Of a stretch of DNA of 57,115 nucleotides, positions 27,144 through 34,864 are shown piece after piece. Within the stretch, counting starts at the first letter, position 1. Each line of letters opens with the position of its first letter. The notes under the pieces were generated by a model. It worked only from the letters and a program-made list of their open reading frames with translations, did not search any database and had not been told where the DNA came from. This DNA is from a virus. The translations under genes were made by a program, and so were the position numbers. Location: the IMG/VR virus record IMGVR_UViG_3300009435_000003; one strand, written 5' to 3'.

Positions 27144-27206
27144 TTAACATCCGTTAACAAGCGGAGCACAATAACCCAGAAAGTCTGGCGTTATAGATAG
27201 AGAAAC
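27144..27206 (+). promoter_or_regulatory. Early cassette copy I
   Basis: TTAACATCCGTTAACA-N6-GCACAATAA-N13-GCGTTATAGATAGAGAAAC, with hairpin ATAACCCAGA-aag-TCTGGcGTTAT. Confidence 0.55.
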
Positions 27207-27222
27207 CAAAAAACATTTCATT

Positions 27223-27627
27223 ATGAGTGAAGTAAATAGTAATATCGAGTGGACGGATGAGGCAATGATGGCCTTCTGTCAAGTGTATGCAGGCAACATC
27301 AATTCGCCACGACTGCCAATGCAAATCAGCTACAAGAAGTATCACAAGCTGAAGATTAATGAGAAGCTGGAAGCATTCAAGCGAGACTGGTCAGAGTACC
27401 AGCGTAAGCTTAAGTTTCCCTTCAGTGAGGGAGATGAGCATTGGGTGCTGGGTGGTGATGGCATCCTCCGCTACAGCGTATGGGACGACGTGTCCGAGGA
27501 AGACCACATGGCCAACCCCGACCTCAGGTACTTCACCTTTGAGCAGGGCATAGACATGGCTCGTCGCAACGGAATCCTGAACGACTACAACAGCCTGATT
27601 GGTCTTCTAAAAGCCCCAACGCCATGA
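27223..27627 (+). CDS. Hypothetical protein
   Basis: 134 aa. Confidence 0.6.
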   Translation: MSEVNSNIEWTDEAMMAFCQVYAGNINSPRLPMQISYKKYHKLKINEKLEAFKRDWSEYQRKLKFPFSEGDEHWVLGGDGILRYSVWDDVSEEDHMANPDLRYFTFEQGIDMARRNGILNDYNSLIGLLKAPTP

Positions 27628-27911
27628 GTTACGAGTCATTCCGCAACAGAGAGACGTGGTTGGTCAACGTCTGGGGTTTTGTTGATGGTCTCGCAGAGAC
27701 CTACATCGACACCGAGAATCCGAACGACCTAACGGGAGTAACCCCTCAGTGGTGTAGAGATTGCTTCGACATGATAGTCGAGGATACCTACAACAAATTA
27801 CCTAACGGAATCCTCAAGGACTTCGTTGATGGATGCCTTCAGACAATCGACTGGCACGAGCTGTCAATGACGGTGAAGGACACAATAAAAGAGCAACGAG
27901 AGACGTTGTAG
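27624..27911 (+). CDS. Hypothetical protein
   Basis: 95 aa, ATGA-coupled. Confidence 0.6.
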   Translation: MSYESFRNRETWLVNVWGFVDGLAETYIDTENPNDLTGVTPQWCRDCFDMIVEDTYNKLPNGILKDFVDGCLQTIDWHELSMTVKDTIKEQRETL

Positions 27912-27937
27912 CTGTATAAAACATAACCCCTTTTACA

Positions 27938-28156
27938 ATGAGTAATACAACAGAAGATATGAGCCGTGAGGATACGATGGCAATGCACTTCGAGCTTCAC
28001 GACAGCAAGACAGTGTGCCGTCTGTTCCTTGATGTTTGTCGCAGGTACGACCTAGGTAACATAGACCAGAGCCAAATGGTGCAGGCATGCATGCTGGTCG
28101 CAGACGAAGCAGAAAAACTTGGGTTGCGAGACCCCCTAAAAGAATGGGAGTTATGA
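27938..28156 (+). CDS. Hypothetical protein
   Basis: 72 aa. Confidence 0.55.
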   Translation: MSNTTEDMSREDTMAMHFELHDSKTVCRLFLDVCRRYDLGNIDQSQMVQACMLVADEAEKLGLRDPLKEWEL

Positions 28157-28425
28157 ATGAAGCAATTAACATGTGGAAAAAAATGTGCAGTAATCTGTTG
28201 AAAATGTCACGGAAAACATCGAACTTTGCAAAAGCGGTTCACGTCGAGAGGCAAGCTTACAGCAACCTGATACGACAACAGGGTGTACTGCTTGATGAAT
28301 ACGAAGATTTAGTTAAAGCCTATGAAGAGAACAATCAAGATGCTGATAGCGTCACCCCTACTCCTCCTGTCAATCCTACTACACCCAGTAGTGATACTAC
28401 AAGGATGGATAATGAAAGAAGTTGA
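28153..28425 (+). CDS. Hypothetical protein
   Basis: ATG (MNEAINMW) is ATGA-coupled; the upstream part of the track ORF overlaps the previous gene. Confidence 0.55.
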   Translation: MNEAINMWKKMCSNLLKMSRKTSNFAKAVHVERQAYSNLIRQQGVLLDEYEDLVKAYEENNQDADSVTPTPPVNPTTPSSDTTRMDNERS

Positions 28426-28444
28426 ATCCTTTATTAAATAGAAT

Positions 28445-28963
28445 ATGTCACAACACAAATTCAAGACCACGAACATCCGTGGCAAGCAATACGTCGAAGT
28501 AAACGAGCGTATTAAATTCTTCCGACAGGAAGACCAGTACAAGAACTGGACAATCTCCACAGAAATCAACATGATGGATACCGGAGACGAGTGTATCTGT
28601 AAATGCCTGATTGCCGACCCCGAACAACGAGTCATAGCCACAGGTCATGCACATGAAGTGAAGTCATCGAGTAACATCAACAAGACATCCTTCGTGGAGA
28701 ACTGCGAGACATCGGCTGTAGGTAGAGCACTTGCGATGATGGGGATTGGGATAGATGCCAGCATTGCCTCAGCTAACGAGGTCAAGGAAGCTATCGCTAA
28801 ACAAGACGAGCCAGAGGATATTGAGCGTGACTACCAAAAGGCAGTGACCTACCTCAAGAATGCTAAAGACCGTAAGGATGCTTGGACTAAGATTGAAAAG
28901 CAATCTAAGACTAAGTTCAGCAAGGCTCAGTACAGCAAACTAGTGGAATACTCCGAAGCCTGA
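28445..28963 (+). CDS. Single-strand annealing protein (Rad52/ERF-like), putative
   Basis: 172 aa; ENCETSAVGRALAMMGIGI motif. Immediately upstream of, and TGATG-coupled to, a PD-(D/E)XK exonuclease. Confidence 0.5.
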   Translation: MSQHKFKTTNIRGKQYVEVNERIKFFRQEDQYKNWTISTEINMMDTGDECICKCLIADPEQRVIATGHAHEVKSSSNINKTSFVENCETSAVGRALAMMGIGIDASIASANEVKEAIAKQDEPEDIERDYQKAVTYLKNAKDRKDAWTKIEKQSKTKFSKAQYSKLVEYSEA

Positions 28964-29727
28964 TGTTGTCAGTTCAATTAGCAGAAGCCGTAGGTAAGGG
29001 TCACTTATCATACAGCTCAGTAAAGTACGCACTACAAGACATGCGCTTGTGGGAGATGTACATGAGGGGACAACTCTTCAAAGAGAGTGAAGCCCTGACG
29101 TTCGGAAGTATGTACGATTGCCTTCTGTTTACACCGGAGGATTTCGATAAGCAATTCTTAGTGCTCAATGACAGCGCAAAGTGTGAGGAGATTGGTGGTC
29201 GTGCACCACGTATGACTAACAAGTACAAGGCTTGGGTTAAGGACTTCCAAGAGGAGGCCGAAGAAAAGAAAGTCAAGCTCATTGGTCAGGACGATTTCAA
29301 GAAAGCTCAAGAAATGATTGAGCGATTGAAGGTGACTGGTGTAATGGAGGAGTACCTCATCGGTGATTACCAACATGAGTTCAATAAGGAAATCTCAGGC
29401 GTTCCAGTACGTGGATTCTTGGATTGCCTGAACAAGGACTACATCAGTGACCATAAGACCACCCGTAGCCTATCGGCATTCCGTTACGCGGTAAGAGACT
29501 ACGGTTACGACATCCAAGCTTACATCTACTGTAGCGTGCTGGGTTTGGATAAGTTCTACTGGGTAGCACAAGAGAAGGCGTATCCCTACGTCATCGGTGT
29601 TTACCAAGCCAGTGATGAAACCATTGAGAATGGTAAGGTGAAGTTTGATAAGGCAGTAGAAAGAATTACTCGGTACTTGGACAATAACCTTGAGACAGAG
29701 ACGTTCTACATCAAAGGACTAATCTGA
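28963..29727 (+). CDS. PD-(D/E)XK exonuclease (RecE/YqaJ/Cas4-like recombination exonuclease)
   Basis: 254 aa; GFLDCLNKDYISDHKTT (D...D-x-K) and a downstream YDIQAYIY motif. Confidence 0.6.
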   Translation: MLSVQLAEAVGKGHLSYSSVKYALQDMRLWEMYMRGQLFKESEALTFGSMYDCLLFTPEDFDKQFLVLNDSAKCEEIGGRAPRMTNKYKAWVKDFQEEAEEKKVKLIGQDDFKKAQEMIERLKVTGVMEEYLIGDYQHEFNKEISGVPVRGFLDCLNKDYISDHKTTRSLSAFRYAVRDYGYDIQAYIYCSVLGLDKFYWVAQEKAYPYVIGVYQASDETIENGKVKFDKAVERITRYLDNNLETETFYIKGLI

Positions 29728-29996
29728 TGAATGCACAAGAGCTAATCACACGAGCAAACCTGCACTTCGGTATCGACGTTACCAAGTGTAAGGACTTTGG
29801 CAAGGACGGTTTCACTGACCGATGCTTTACAGCATACTATGCCATCACTGAATTGAAGATGCCCTACAAGGAGCTGGCTGATGCCATGGACGAACAGGAC
29901 AGAACTAAGCTACGCCTCATGTGGCTGTATGCTGAAGGACTTATGGGAGTTGTACAATCCCGCAACCGGTACAAGCAGTTTACATTAACCTTTTAA
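29727..29996 (+). CDS. Hypothetical protein
   Basis: 89 aa, TGATG-coupled. Confidence 0.55.
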   Translation: MNAQELITRANLHFGIDVTKCKDFGKDGFTDRCFTAYYAITELKMPYKELADAMDEQDRTKLRLMWLYAEGLMGVVQSRNRYKQFTLTF

Positions 29997-30006
29997 TTTT
30001 TTAGAC

Positions 30007-30267
30007 ATGGCTGATAACAGCAACGTGTATGTGGGATACACTGAATCCCCACGAGTAAACCAGCGAGTATCATTCACGCTGGAGGAGTTAGACAACCTCA
30101 AGCAGTACGCAACTGCAAAGGGTAGAGTTTACATTGATGTTGTCTCTGTCCCAGACCGAGAAGACAATCGAAAGATGAAAGCTTTCTGCTCTGTGTACGA
30201 CCCGAATAGTCAGGGTGAACAGCAGCGCAAGGTAGACAAGCAAAGCACTTCTGAAGTGCCGTTCTAA
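30007..30267 (+). CDS. Hypothetical protein
   Basis: 86 aa; the C-terminal ..VPF* codons coincide with a Box3-like CCGTTCTAA. Confidence 0.55.
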   Translation: MADNSNVYVGYTESPRVNQRVSFTLEELDNLKQYATAKGRVYIDVVSVPDREDNRKMKAFCSVYDPNSQGEQQRKVDKQSTSEVPF

Positions 30268-30332
30268 ATAGTGGTTAGGATATAGATAGACCGCAAGGGG
30301 GGAGTCAGTTTCGTGAATTGTTCTGGCTCCCC
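30259..30332 (+). promoter_or_regulatory. Degenerate Box3-like element plus GGGGAG-N22-CTCCCC hairpin upstream of the tRNA
   Basis: CCGTTCTAAATAGTGGTTAGGATATAGATAGACC, then the hairpin at 30297-30332. Confidence 0.3.
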
Positions 30333-30339
30333 TCGCTAT

Positions 30340-30413
30340 GCTCTCGTAGCTCAACTGGATAGAGCATCACCCTTCTAAGGTGAATGTTGCAGGTTCGAGT
30401 CCTGCCGGGAGTA
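30340..30413 (+). tRNA. tRNA-Arg: tRNA-Arg (anticodon UCU)
   Basis: Hand-folded cloverleaf: acceptor GCTCTCG/CGGGAGT (2 G-U pairs), D arm GCTC/GAGC, anticodon arm TCACC-cTTCTaa-GGTGA, T arm GCAGG-TTCGAGT-CCTGC, discriminator A, no encoded CCA. Confidence 0.85.
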
Positions 30414-30428
30414 CAAAATTTTATTTCA

Positions 30429-31040
30429 ATGGACATCTTCAGACAAACATACCAAACCTACATCGAGGCTATCGGTGCAGAACCAAACAACTCAAGGACA
30501 CGGCAGCAAGTAGAGATAAGGGCAGCGTTTGCCAATGCTACATCAGCCTTCTTTCACCACAGCGTGTGTTCAAACCTGTTCAATAAAGACAGGACAACCA
30601 TCTACCATTACAAGCAGAGTCATGAGATGTATTTTGTCTCAAGCCCTGAATACAGAACGTACTTCGAAACAGCCTCTCGAATCGTACTAGAAAAGCTGGA
30701 CTCCTTCAAGAAGGAAGACTTAAATTTAGAGGCTCAAAACTTTCTTTCTCCTCATGAGCAAATTGATACAATCAAAGGCATCATCGAAACCCTCGAAACC
30801 TTCAAAGACCGAATCCAAATCAGACTCAGACGCTATAAACCCGGAACACTACAAGAAGGGGGGCAAGCAAGTGTGGCAGATGATGATAGATATCTGGGGC
30901 AAAGACTCATACATCGCGTTCTGCGAGATGAACGTCTTCAAGTACCGCATGCGGGCAGGGAACAAGCCGGGGAACAGCTTGGAGCAGGACATGAAGAAAG
31001 CAAAGTGGTACGAGAACCAGATACAACAGTTGCGCGATGA
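30429..31040 (+). CDS. DnaA-domain-IV-like HTH protein; its 3' ~290 nt overlap the DUF3310 gene in another frame
   Basis: ATG (MDIFRQ) lies just after the tRNA. NKDRTTIYHYKQ resembles the DnaA C-terminal RDHTTVLHA motif. The C-terminal 95 aa look like out-of-frame sequence. Confidence 0.45.
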   Translation: MDIFRQTYQTYIEAIGAEPNNSRTRQQVEIRAAFANATSAFFHHSVCSNLFNKDRTTIYHYKQSHEMYFVSSPEYRTYFETASRIVLEKLDSFKKEDLNLEAQNFLSPHEQIDTIKGIIETLETFKDRIQIRLRRYKPGTLQEGGQASVADDDRYLGQRLIHRVLRDERLQVPHAGREQAGEQLGAGHEESKVVREPDTTVAR

Positions 31041-31128
31041 ACAATCAAAAGGTAACCATCTATCCAACAATCTATCGCACACAGGAGGCAGTAATTACAT
31101 CGCTGGATACAGTTCTAACGAGGATTAA
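30754..31128 (+). CDS. DUF3310-family protein
   Basis: INPEHYKKGGKQVWQMMIDIWG..FCEMNVFKYRMRAGNKPG..QDMKKAKWYENQI fits the DUF3310 pattern. The last 92 nt overlap the primase gene. Confidence 0.65.
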   Translation: MSKLIQSKASSKPSKPSKTESKSDSDAINPEHYKKGGKQVWQMMIDIWGKDSYIAFCEMNVFKYRMRAGNKPGNSLEQDMKKAKWYENQIQQLRDEQSKGNHLSNNLSHTGGSNYIAGYSSNED

Positions 31129-32833
31129 AGAAGGTAAGAGTCAACCAAAGGTTGAACTAATAAGGGAGGGTGACAAAGCTATTAAGCAAGAGCTACCTGC
31201 GGTATGTTTTAGTGGAGTCTTTGAGAAGAACAAGCGAAGCGATGACAGCTTAAAGTTTCACAGCGGCTTGGTAATTCTAGACTTTGACCATGTTGACGTA
31301 GCAAGAACTAAGTCTGCCTTAGCTGGAGACAAGTACATCATGTCGTGCTGGGCATCACCCAGCGGTGAGGGTGTTAAAGGTTTAGTCGAGATAACAAACA
31401 CGGAGAGACATCGTGACCACTACCGCTCACTGATTAAATACTTCGACGAGCAGTATGGTCTTGAGTTAGACAGCACCGGAGAGAATGAAAGCCGAGCGTG
31501 CTTTGAGTCATACGACCCAGACATCGTTGTCAAGGCTGAGTACGAGAGGTATGGCGGCATGATGTCAGAGCATTCTCAAAATCAAGTCGTTAAAGACTTG
31601 TCTGGGAGGACTGACTTCAATAAGATAAACATAGCAGCAGCTATGATACGCAAGGCGGAGGAAGGAGAGAAGCATAACGTCCTTGTCAAGGCTTCCAGTT
31701 TAATGGGTGGGTACATTGCCAGTGGCATTGTTGAAGAAGATGTTGCTCGCTGGATACTCGAAAGAGAGATTCAGAAGCGGGACATTGACAATTTGGAGGG
31801 GGCTTTACTGACTATTAATGACGGGATAGCAAACGGAAAGAAGCTACCTATCAGTGAGGTCATCAGTAGCGAAGAGAAGATTAAGAGAGACATGAAACTG
31901 AATGATGGGGACATGTCCTTTATCAGCAGTGACGATGTTGATTACGATTGGATTGAGCAGTATGTGGATGGCAAGATACCCCTAGGTCTTAGCACAGGAA
32001 ACCAATTCATGGATGAGAACTTCGTATTCAAAAAGGAGTTCGTTATGATTAATGGTCACAGTAATATCGGTAAGACAACCTTTGCGCTGTGGATGATGGT
32101 GGCAAGTTCAATGCATCACAACTGGAGGTGGGTAATCTACAGCTCAGAGAACCGCTCTGCTGCCGTGAAGATGAAGCTGGTTCAGTTTGCGCTGAATAAG
32201 AAGATTGGTAGCACCACACACATCGAACGTAAAAAAGCTAGGGACTGGGTTGAGAAGCACTTCGTTGTAATCGACAACAGCAAGACCTACAGTTACATGG
32301 ACATCATCCTGTTCTGTGAGAAGGTGCACAGGCAGAACCCGATTGACGGCTTGTTTGTTGACCCATACAACAGCCTTAAGATTGAGATGAGTGCTAACCG
32401 TGGAGTCGGCCCTCATGAGTATCACTATGAAGCAGCTTCAGAGTTTCTGACCTTCAGCAATAACATGGATGTAGCTGTATGGGTTAACGCTCACAGTATT
32501 ACTGAGAGCCAGCGCAGGAAAGGCGATGACGGTTTGCAAGTCGCTCCTTACGCAGAGGATACTGAGCATGGTGGAAAGTGGGTGAATCGTAGTGACTGCT
32601 TCATCACGTTACACAGAAAGATTCAGCACCCCGATGTTCTCCAGCGCAGGTGTATTGAGATGCATGTTCGAAAGGTTCGAGAGGTGGACACTGGTGGTAA
32701 GCCCACTCCCTACGCTCAGCCAATGATTTTTGAATTGAACTCAACACAGAGTGGATTTTCTATGCACGCTCCCAACCAAAAGCTATTCACATCTCTTGGT
32801 GAACAACTTGTTGGCAAACAAGAGCACTTCTAA
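31037..32833 (+). CDS. Primase-helicase (BT4734/VirE-N-like primase domain + RecA/DnaB-type P-loop ATPase)
   Basis: 598 aa. LPAVCFSGVF..GLVILDFDH..CWASPSGEGVKG, then Walker A GHSNIGKTT and Walker B LFVDPYNSL. Confidence 0.65.
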   Translation: MNNQKVTIYPTIYRTQEAVITSLDTVLTRIKEGKSQPKVELIREGDKAIKQELPAVCFSGVFEKNKRSDDSLKFHSGLVILDFDHVDVARTKSALAGDKYIMSCWASPSGEGVKGLVEITNTERHRDHYRSLIKYFDEQYGLELDSTGENESRACFESYDPDIVVKAEYERYGGMMSEHSQNQVVKDLSGRTDFNKINIAAAMIRKAEEGEKHNVLVKASSLMGGYIASGIVEEDVARWILEREIQKRDIDNLEGALLTINDGIANGKKLPISEVISSEEKIKRDMKLNDGDMSFISSDDVDYDWIEQYVDGKIPLGLSTGNQFMDENFVFKKEFVMINGHSNIGKTTFALWMMVASSMHHNWRWVIYSSENRSAAVKMKLVQFALNKKIGSTTHIERKKARDWVEKHFVVIDNSKTYSYMDIILFCEKVHRQNPIDGLFVDPYNSLKIEMSANRGVGPHEYHYEAASEFLTFSNNMDVAVWVNAHSITESQRRKGDDGLQVAPYAEDTEHGGKWVNRSDCFITLHRKIQHPDVLQRRCIEMHVRKVREVDTGGKPTPYAQPMIFELNSTQSGFSMHAPNQKLFTSLGEQLVGKQEHF

Positions 32834-32849
32834 CCGTACCTTTTAGGGT

Positions 32850-33332
32850 ATGGCTAAACGCCGGAAGAACTTAACAAGACCAACGAAGGGAAGGAAGCGC
32901 AAAGACCTCAGTAGGGGTTCAGTAAAGCTGAAGTCAACTCTTGAGACCTACTGTTACGACAGGTTGAAGGAATCAAAGATTGATTTTGGATATGAGAGCG
33001 AGACATTTCAGTTGATGGACTCGTTTAGGTATCCCGGAGTTTACCATAAGTCTACGAGGGGTAAGGATGTTATGACGGATGCGACAAACAAGGTGGTGCT
33101 TTCGATTAAGTACACTCCAGACTTTGTTAGCCACGAGAATCGTTTCATTATTGAGACGAAGGGGTGGGTTCCATCACAGCACACTTTTCCTTTAAGGTGG
33201 AAGCTGTTTTTAAAGTACATGTCAGACAATGACATGGATGACTACATGCTTTTCATCCCTAAAAACAAAAAGCAAATAGATGCCGCGATAACAATCATAC
33301 TGAACCACATCAATGGAGAAGCAAAAACTTAG
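32850..33332 (+). CDS. T7 endonuclease I-like Holliday junction resolvase
   Basis: YTPDFVSHENRFIIETKGW compares with T7 gp3 YTPDF..FVETKG. Confidence 0.65.
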   Translation: MAKRRKNLTRPTKGRKRKDLSRGSVKLKSTLETYCYDRLKESKIDFGYESETFQLMDSFRYPGVYHKSTRGKDVMTDATNKVVLSIKYTPDFVSHENRFIIETKGWVPSQHTFPLRWKLFLKYMSDNDMDDYMLFIPKNKKQIDAAITIILNHINGEAKT

Positions 33333-33546
33333 TCAGCTCTACAGCTACTGTACTCAGGAGATACAGAGGTTGACTACGGAGCTGTACGAGCAGCTTCACG
33401 ACAACAAGGGTGCACCAGTCACGAACTGGGAGCAAACGCTTGACGACGTAAGAAAGTACAAGAAACTAGTAATCTTGGAGCTTGAAGCAATGAAGCACGC
33501 TCTTAGGGAATACATAGAAGAATCAGATGGCGAGCAGCTTCCGTAA
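33313..33546 (+). CDS. Hypothetical protein
   Basis: 77 aa, helical. Confidence 0.5.
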   Translation: MEKQKLSQLYSYCTQEIQRLTTELYEQLHDNKGAPVTNWEQTLDDVRKYKKLVILELEAMKHALREYIEESDGEQLP

Positions 33547-34111
33547 AGACCTTGAGTTCGGCAATAGGATAGAGCTTGCTTGGATGAACTTCATGGGGGA
33601 CAAAACCCTAAAGACATACGAGCAGTCAAAGGGTAAGGAACCCGGATGGGATATCGTTGAGTTAAACGACAAGGTTTACTTCGAGGTCAAGTGGGATACC
33701 AAATCATCGGCAGCTTGGTCTTCATACGGAACCCGTAGAGACCCCACTGGTAACTTGTTTATCGAGTACGTAAACCCAAGTGCGGATAAAGACAGTGGGA
33801 TTCGAGCGTCAATTTCAAAGTACTGGGTCTATGTGGTTAAGTACGCACCCAATTCTTTAGTTGATGAGAATAGTTTCGGTGACTACAAAGCTCATGCACA
33901 TCTATTCAATCGCGAAGCCCTACTAAAATTCTGTGAGTCAAGCAACTTAAATACACGCGACACAAAGAGAGATGTAGGTAAAGGCATGCCGGTAAATGCT
34001 CGTGGTTGGATTCTCCCTTGGGACATTGTTAATGAATCAAAAAAAGACAGCGGATGGTTGGCTGTTTATGACATCTCTGACTATCTTTCTCTTCCGATTT
34101 TAACACAATGA
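33527..34111 (+). CDS. PD-(D/E)XK-fold nuclease, putative
   Basis: WDIVEL..VYFEVKWD (D...E-x-K). Confidence 0.4.
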   Translation: MASSFRKDLEFGNRIELAWMNFMGDKTLKTYEQSKGKEPGWDIVELNDKVYFEVKWDTKSSAAWSSYGTRRDPTGNLFIEYVNPSADKDSGIRASISKYWVYVVKYAPNSLVDENSFGDYKAHAHLFNREALLKFCESSNLNTRDTKRDVGKGMPVNARGWILPWDIVNESKKDSGWLAVYDISDYLSLPILTQ

Positions 34112-34644
34112 AAAAGATTATTAACAAAGAGTTTGGCGTTCTTCATGAGGCCATCGAAAGCATTCTTCATGTTGAGCTGATTACAACATGCCGAAACAGA
34201 GAGAATGTAAATGCCCGTATGATTTTCTCCAAGATTTTACTGGACAAGGGCTACACTACGGTGGCTATTGCTAAGTACTTAAGTAAGACCCACTGCACTA
34301 TCGTTCATTACAAGAAACGATTCGACGGATACATTCTGAATGATAAAAGACTGAAGGGTTCTTACGAAAGCGCAAAGGCAGTGTACTTCGGTAGCTTTGA
34401 CCCAGTGTTTGACATGAGTAACAAAGAACTCAAGGACGAGGTGTTCAACCTCAGAAAAACAATCAAGTCACTAGAGAATGATGTCACCGAAGCGAAGGAA
34501 TACCTGCGCGAAGTGAAAGAGAAGTACGTGTGGAAGGGTGGGTTTGATGGGATACAGGAATTGCTGCATCAAAAGTGTCCGATTGGAGAAGAGACGAGTG
34601 TACAACGCGCCCTTAATAATTACTTAAATGGATTACACTACTGA
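34108..34644 (+). CDS. DnaA-domain-IV-like HTH protein (paralog of 30429)
   Basis: NVNARMIFSKILLDKGYTTVAIAKYLSKTHCTIVHYKK. Confidence 0.5.
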   Translation: MKKIINKEFGVLHEAIESILHVELITTCRNRENVNARMIFSKILLDKGYTTVAIAKYLSKTHCTIVHYKKRFDGYILNDKRLKGSYESAKAVYFGSFDPVFDMSNKELKDEVFNLRKTIKSLENDVTEAKEYLREVKEKYVWKGGFDGIQELLHQKCPIGEETSVQRALNNYLNGLHY

Positions 34645-34864
34645 AGACCTTGATAAAGTTCTAGGTTTCAAGACTTGGACAGACAAACAAAAGATGGACG
34701 AACTCCTTAGGATGGACTGTGCTTTGCACTGCGCCCTAGGAACGGATTCAACAAAGGGTGAGCGGGAGGCCGTTAAAAGAGAGTCTCGAAAGATTTACAA
34801 AGCAATCAAGACGTTTGATGAGCAGAACGGGGAGATGTTCTTACGAGTAATGGATTTGAAATGA
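34628..34864 (+). CDS. Hypothetical protein
   Basis: 78 aa. Confidence 0.5.
   Translation: MDYTTEDLDKVLGFKTWTDKQKMDELLRMDCALHCALGTDSTKGEREAVKRESRKIYKAIKTFDEQNGEMFLRVMDLK

Noticed and set aside
21978-27206. Whether the repeated cassettes are a CRISPR array or a MITE-like mobile repeat
   Set aside because: The copies are 230-1440 bp apart and always sit in front of a gene start. Their internal spacers are fixed in length while the intervening segments are coding. There are no cas genes and no target-site duplications.
23581-27661. Apparent 1-nt register disagreements between my reading of the printed sequence and the ORF track (about 23581-23690, about 27601-27661, about 15241-15300)
   Set aside because: Each case is a compensating +1/-1 offset at line or homopolymer boundaries, and the ORF track is internally consistent on both strands. 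I treated them as my own transcription errors, not as frameshifts or pseudogenes. Motif coordinates there are +/-1.
26363-30267. SSB-like acidic C-terminal tails (...LPF*, ...EVPF*) on the 76-aa and 86-aa proteins
   Set aside because: In both cases the PF-stop codons (CCGTTCTAA) coincide with the Box3-like regulatory sequence. The shared ending is better explained by the overlapping DNA motif than by an SSB tail.
30837-30845. Programmed +1 frameshift at AAA-CCC-GGA fusing the HTH protein to DUF3310
   Set aside because: Frame B upstream of this site already encodes the family-typical ..DAINPEHY.. N-terminus and has its own ATG, so a separate gene is the simpler explanation. No stimulatory structure was seen. 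The question is left open in the findings.
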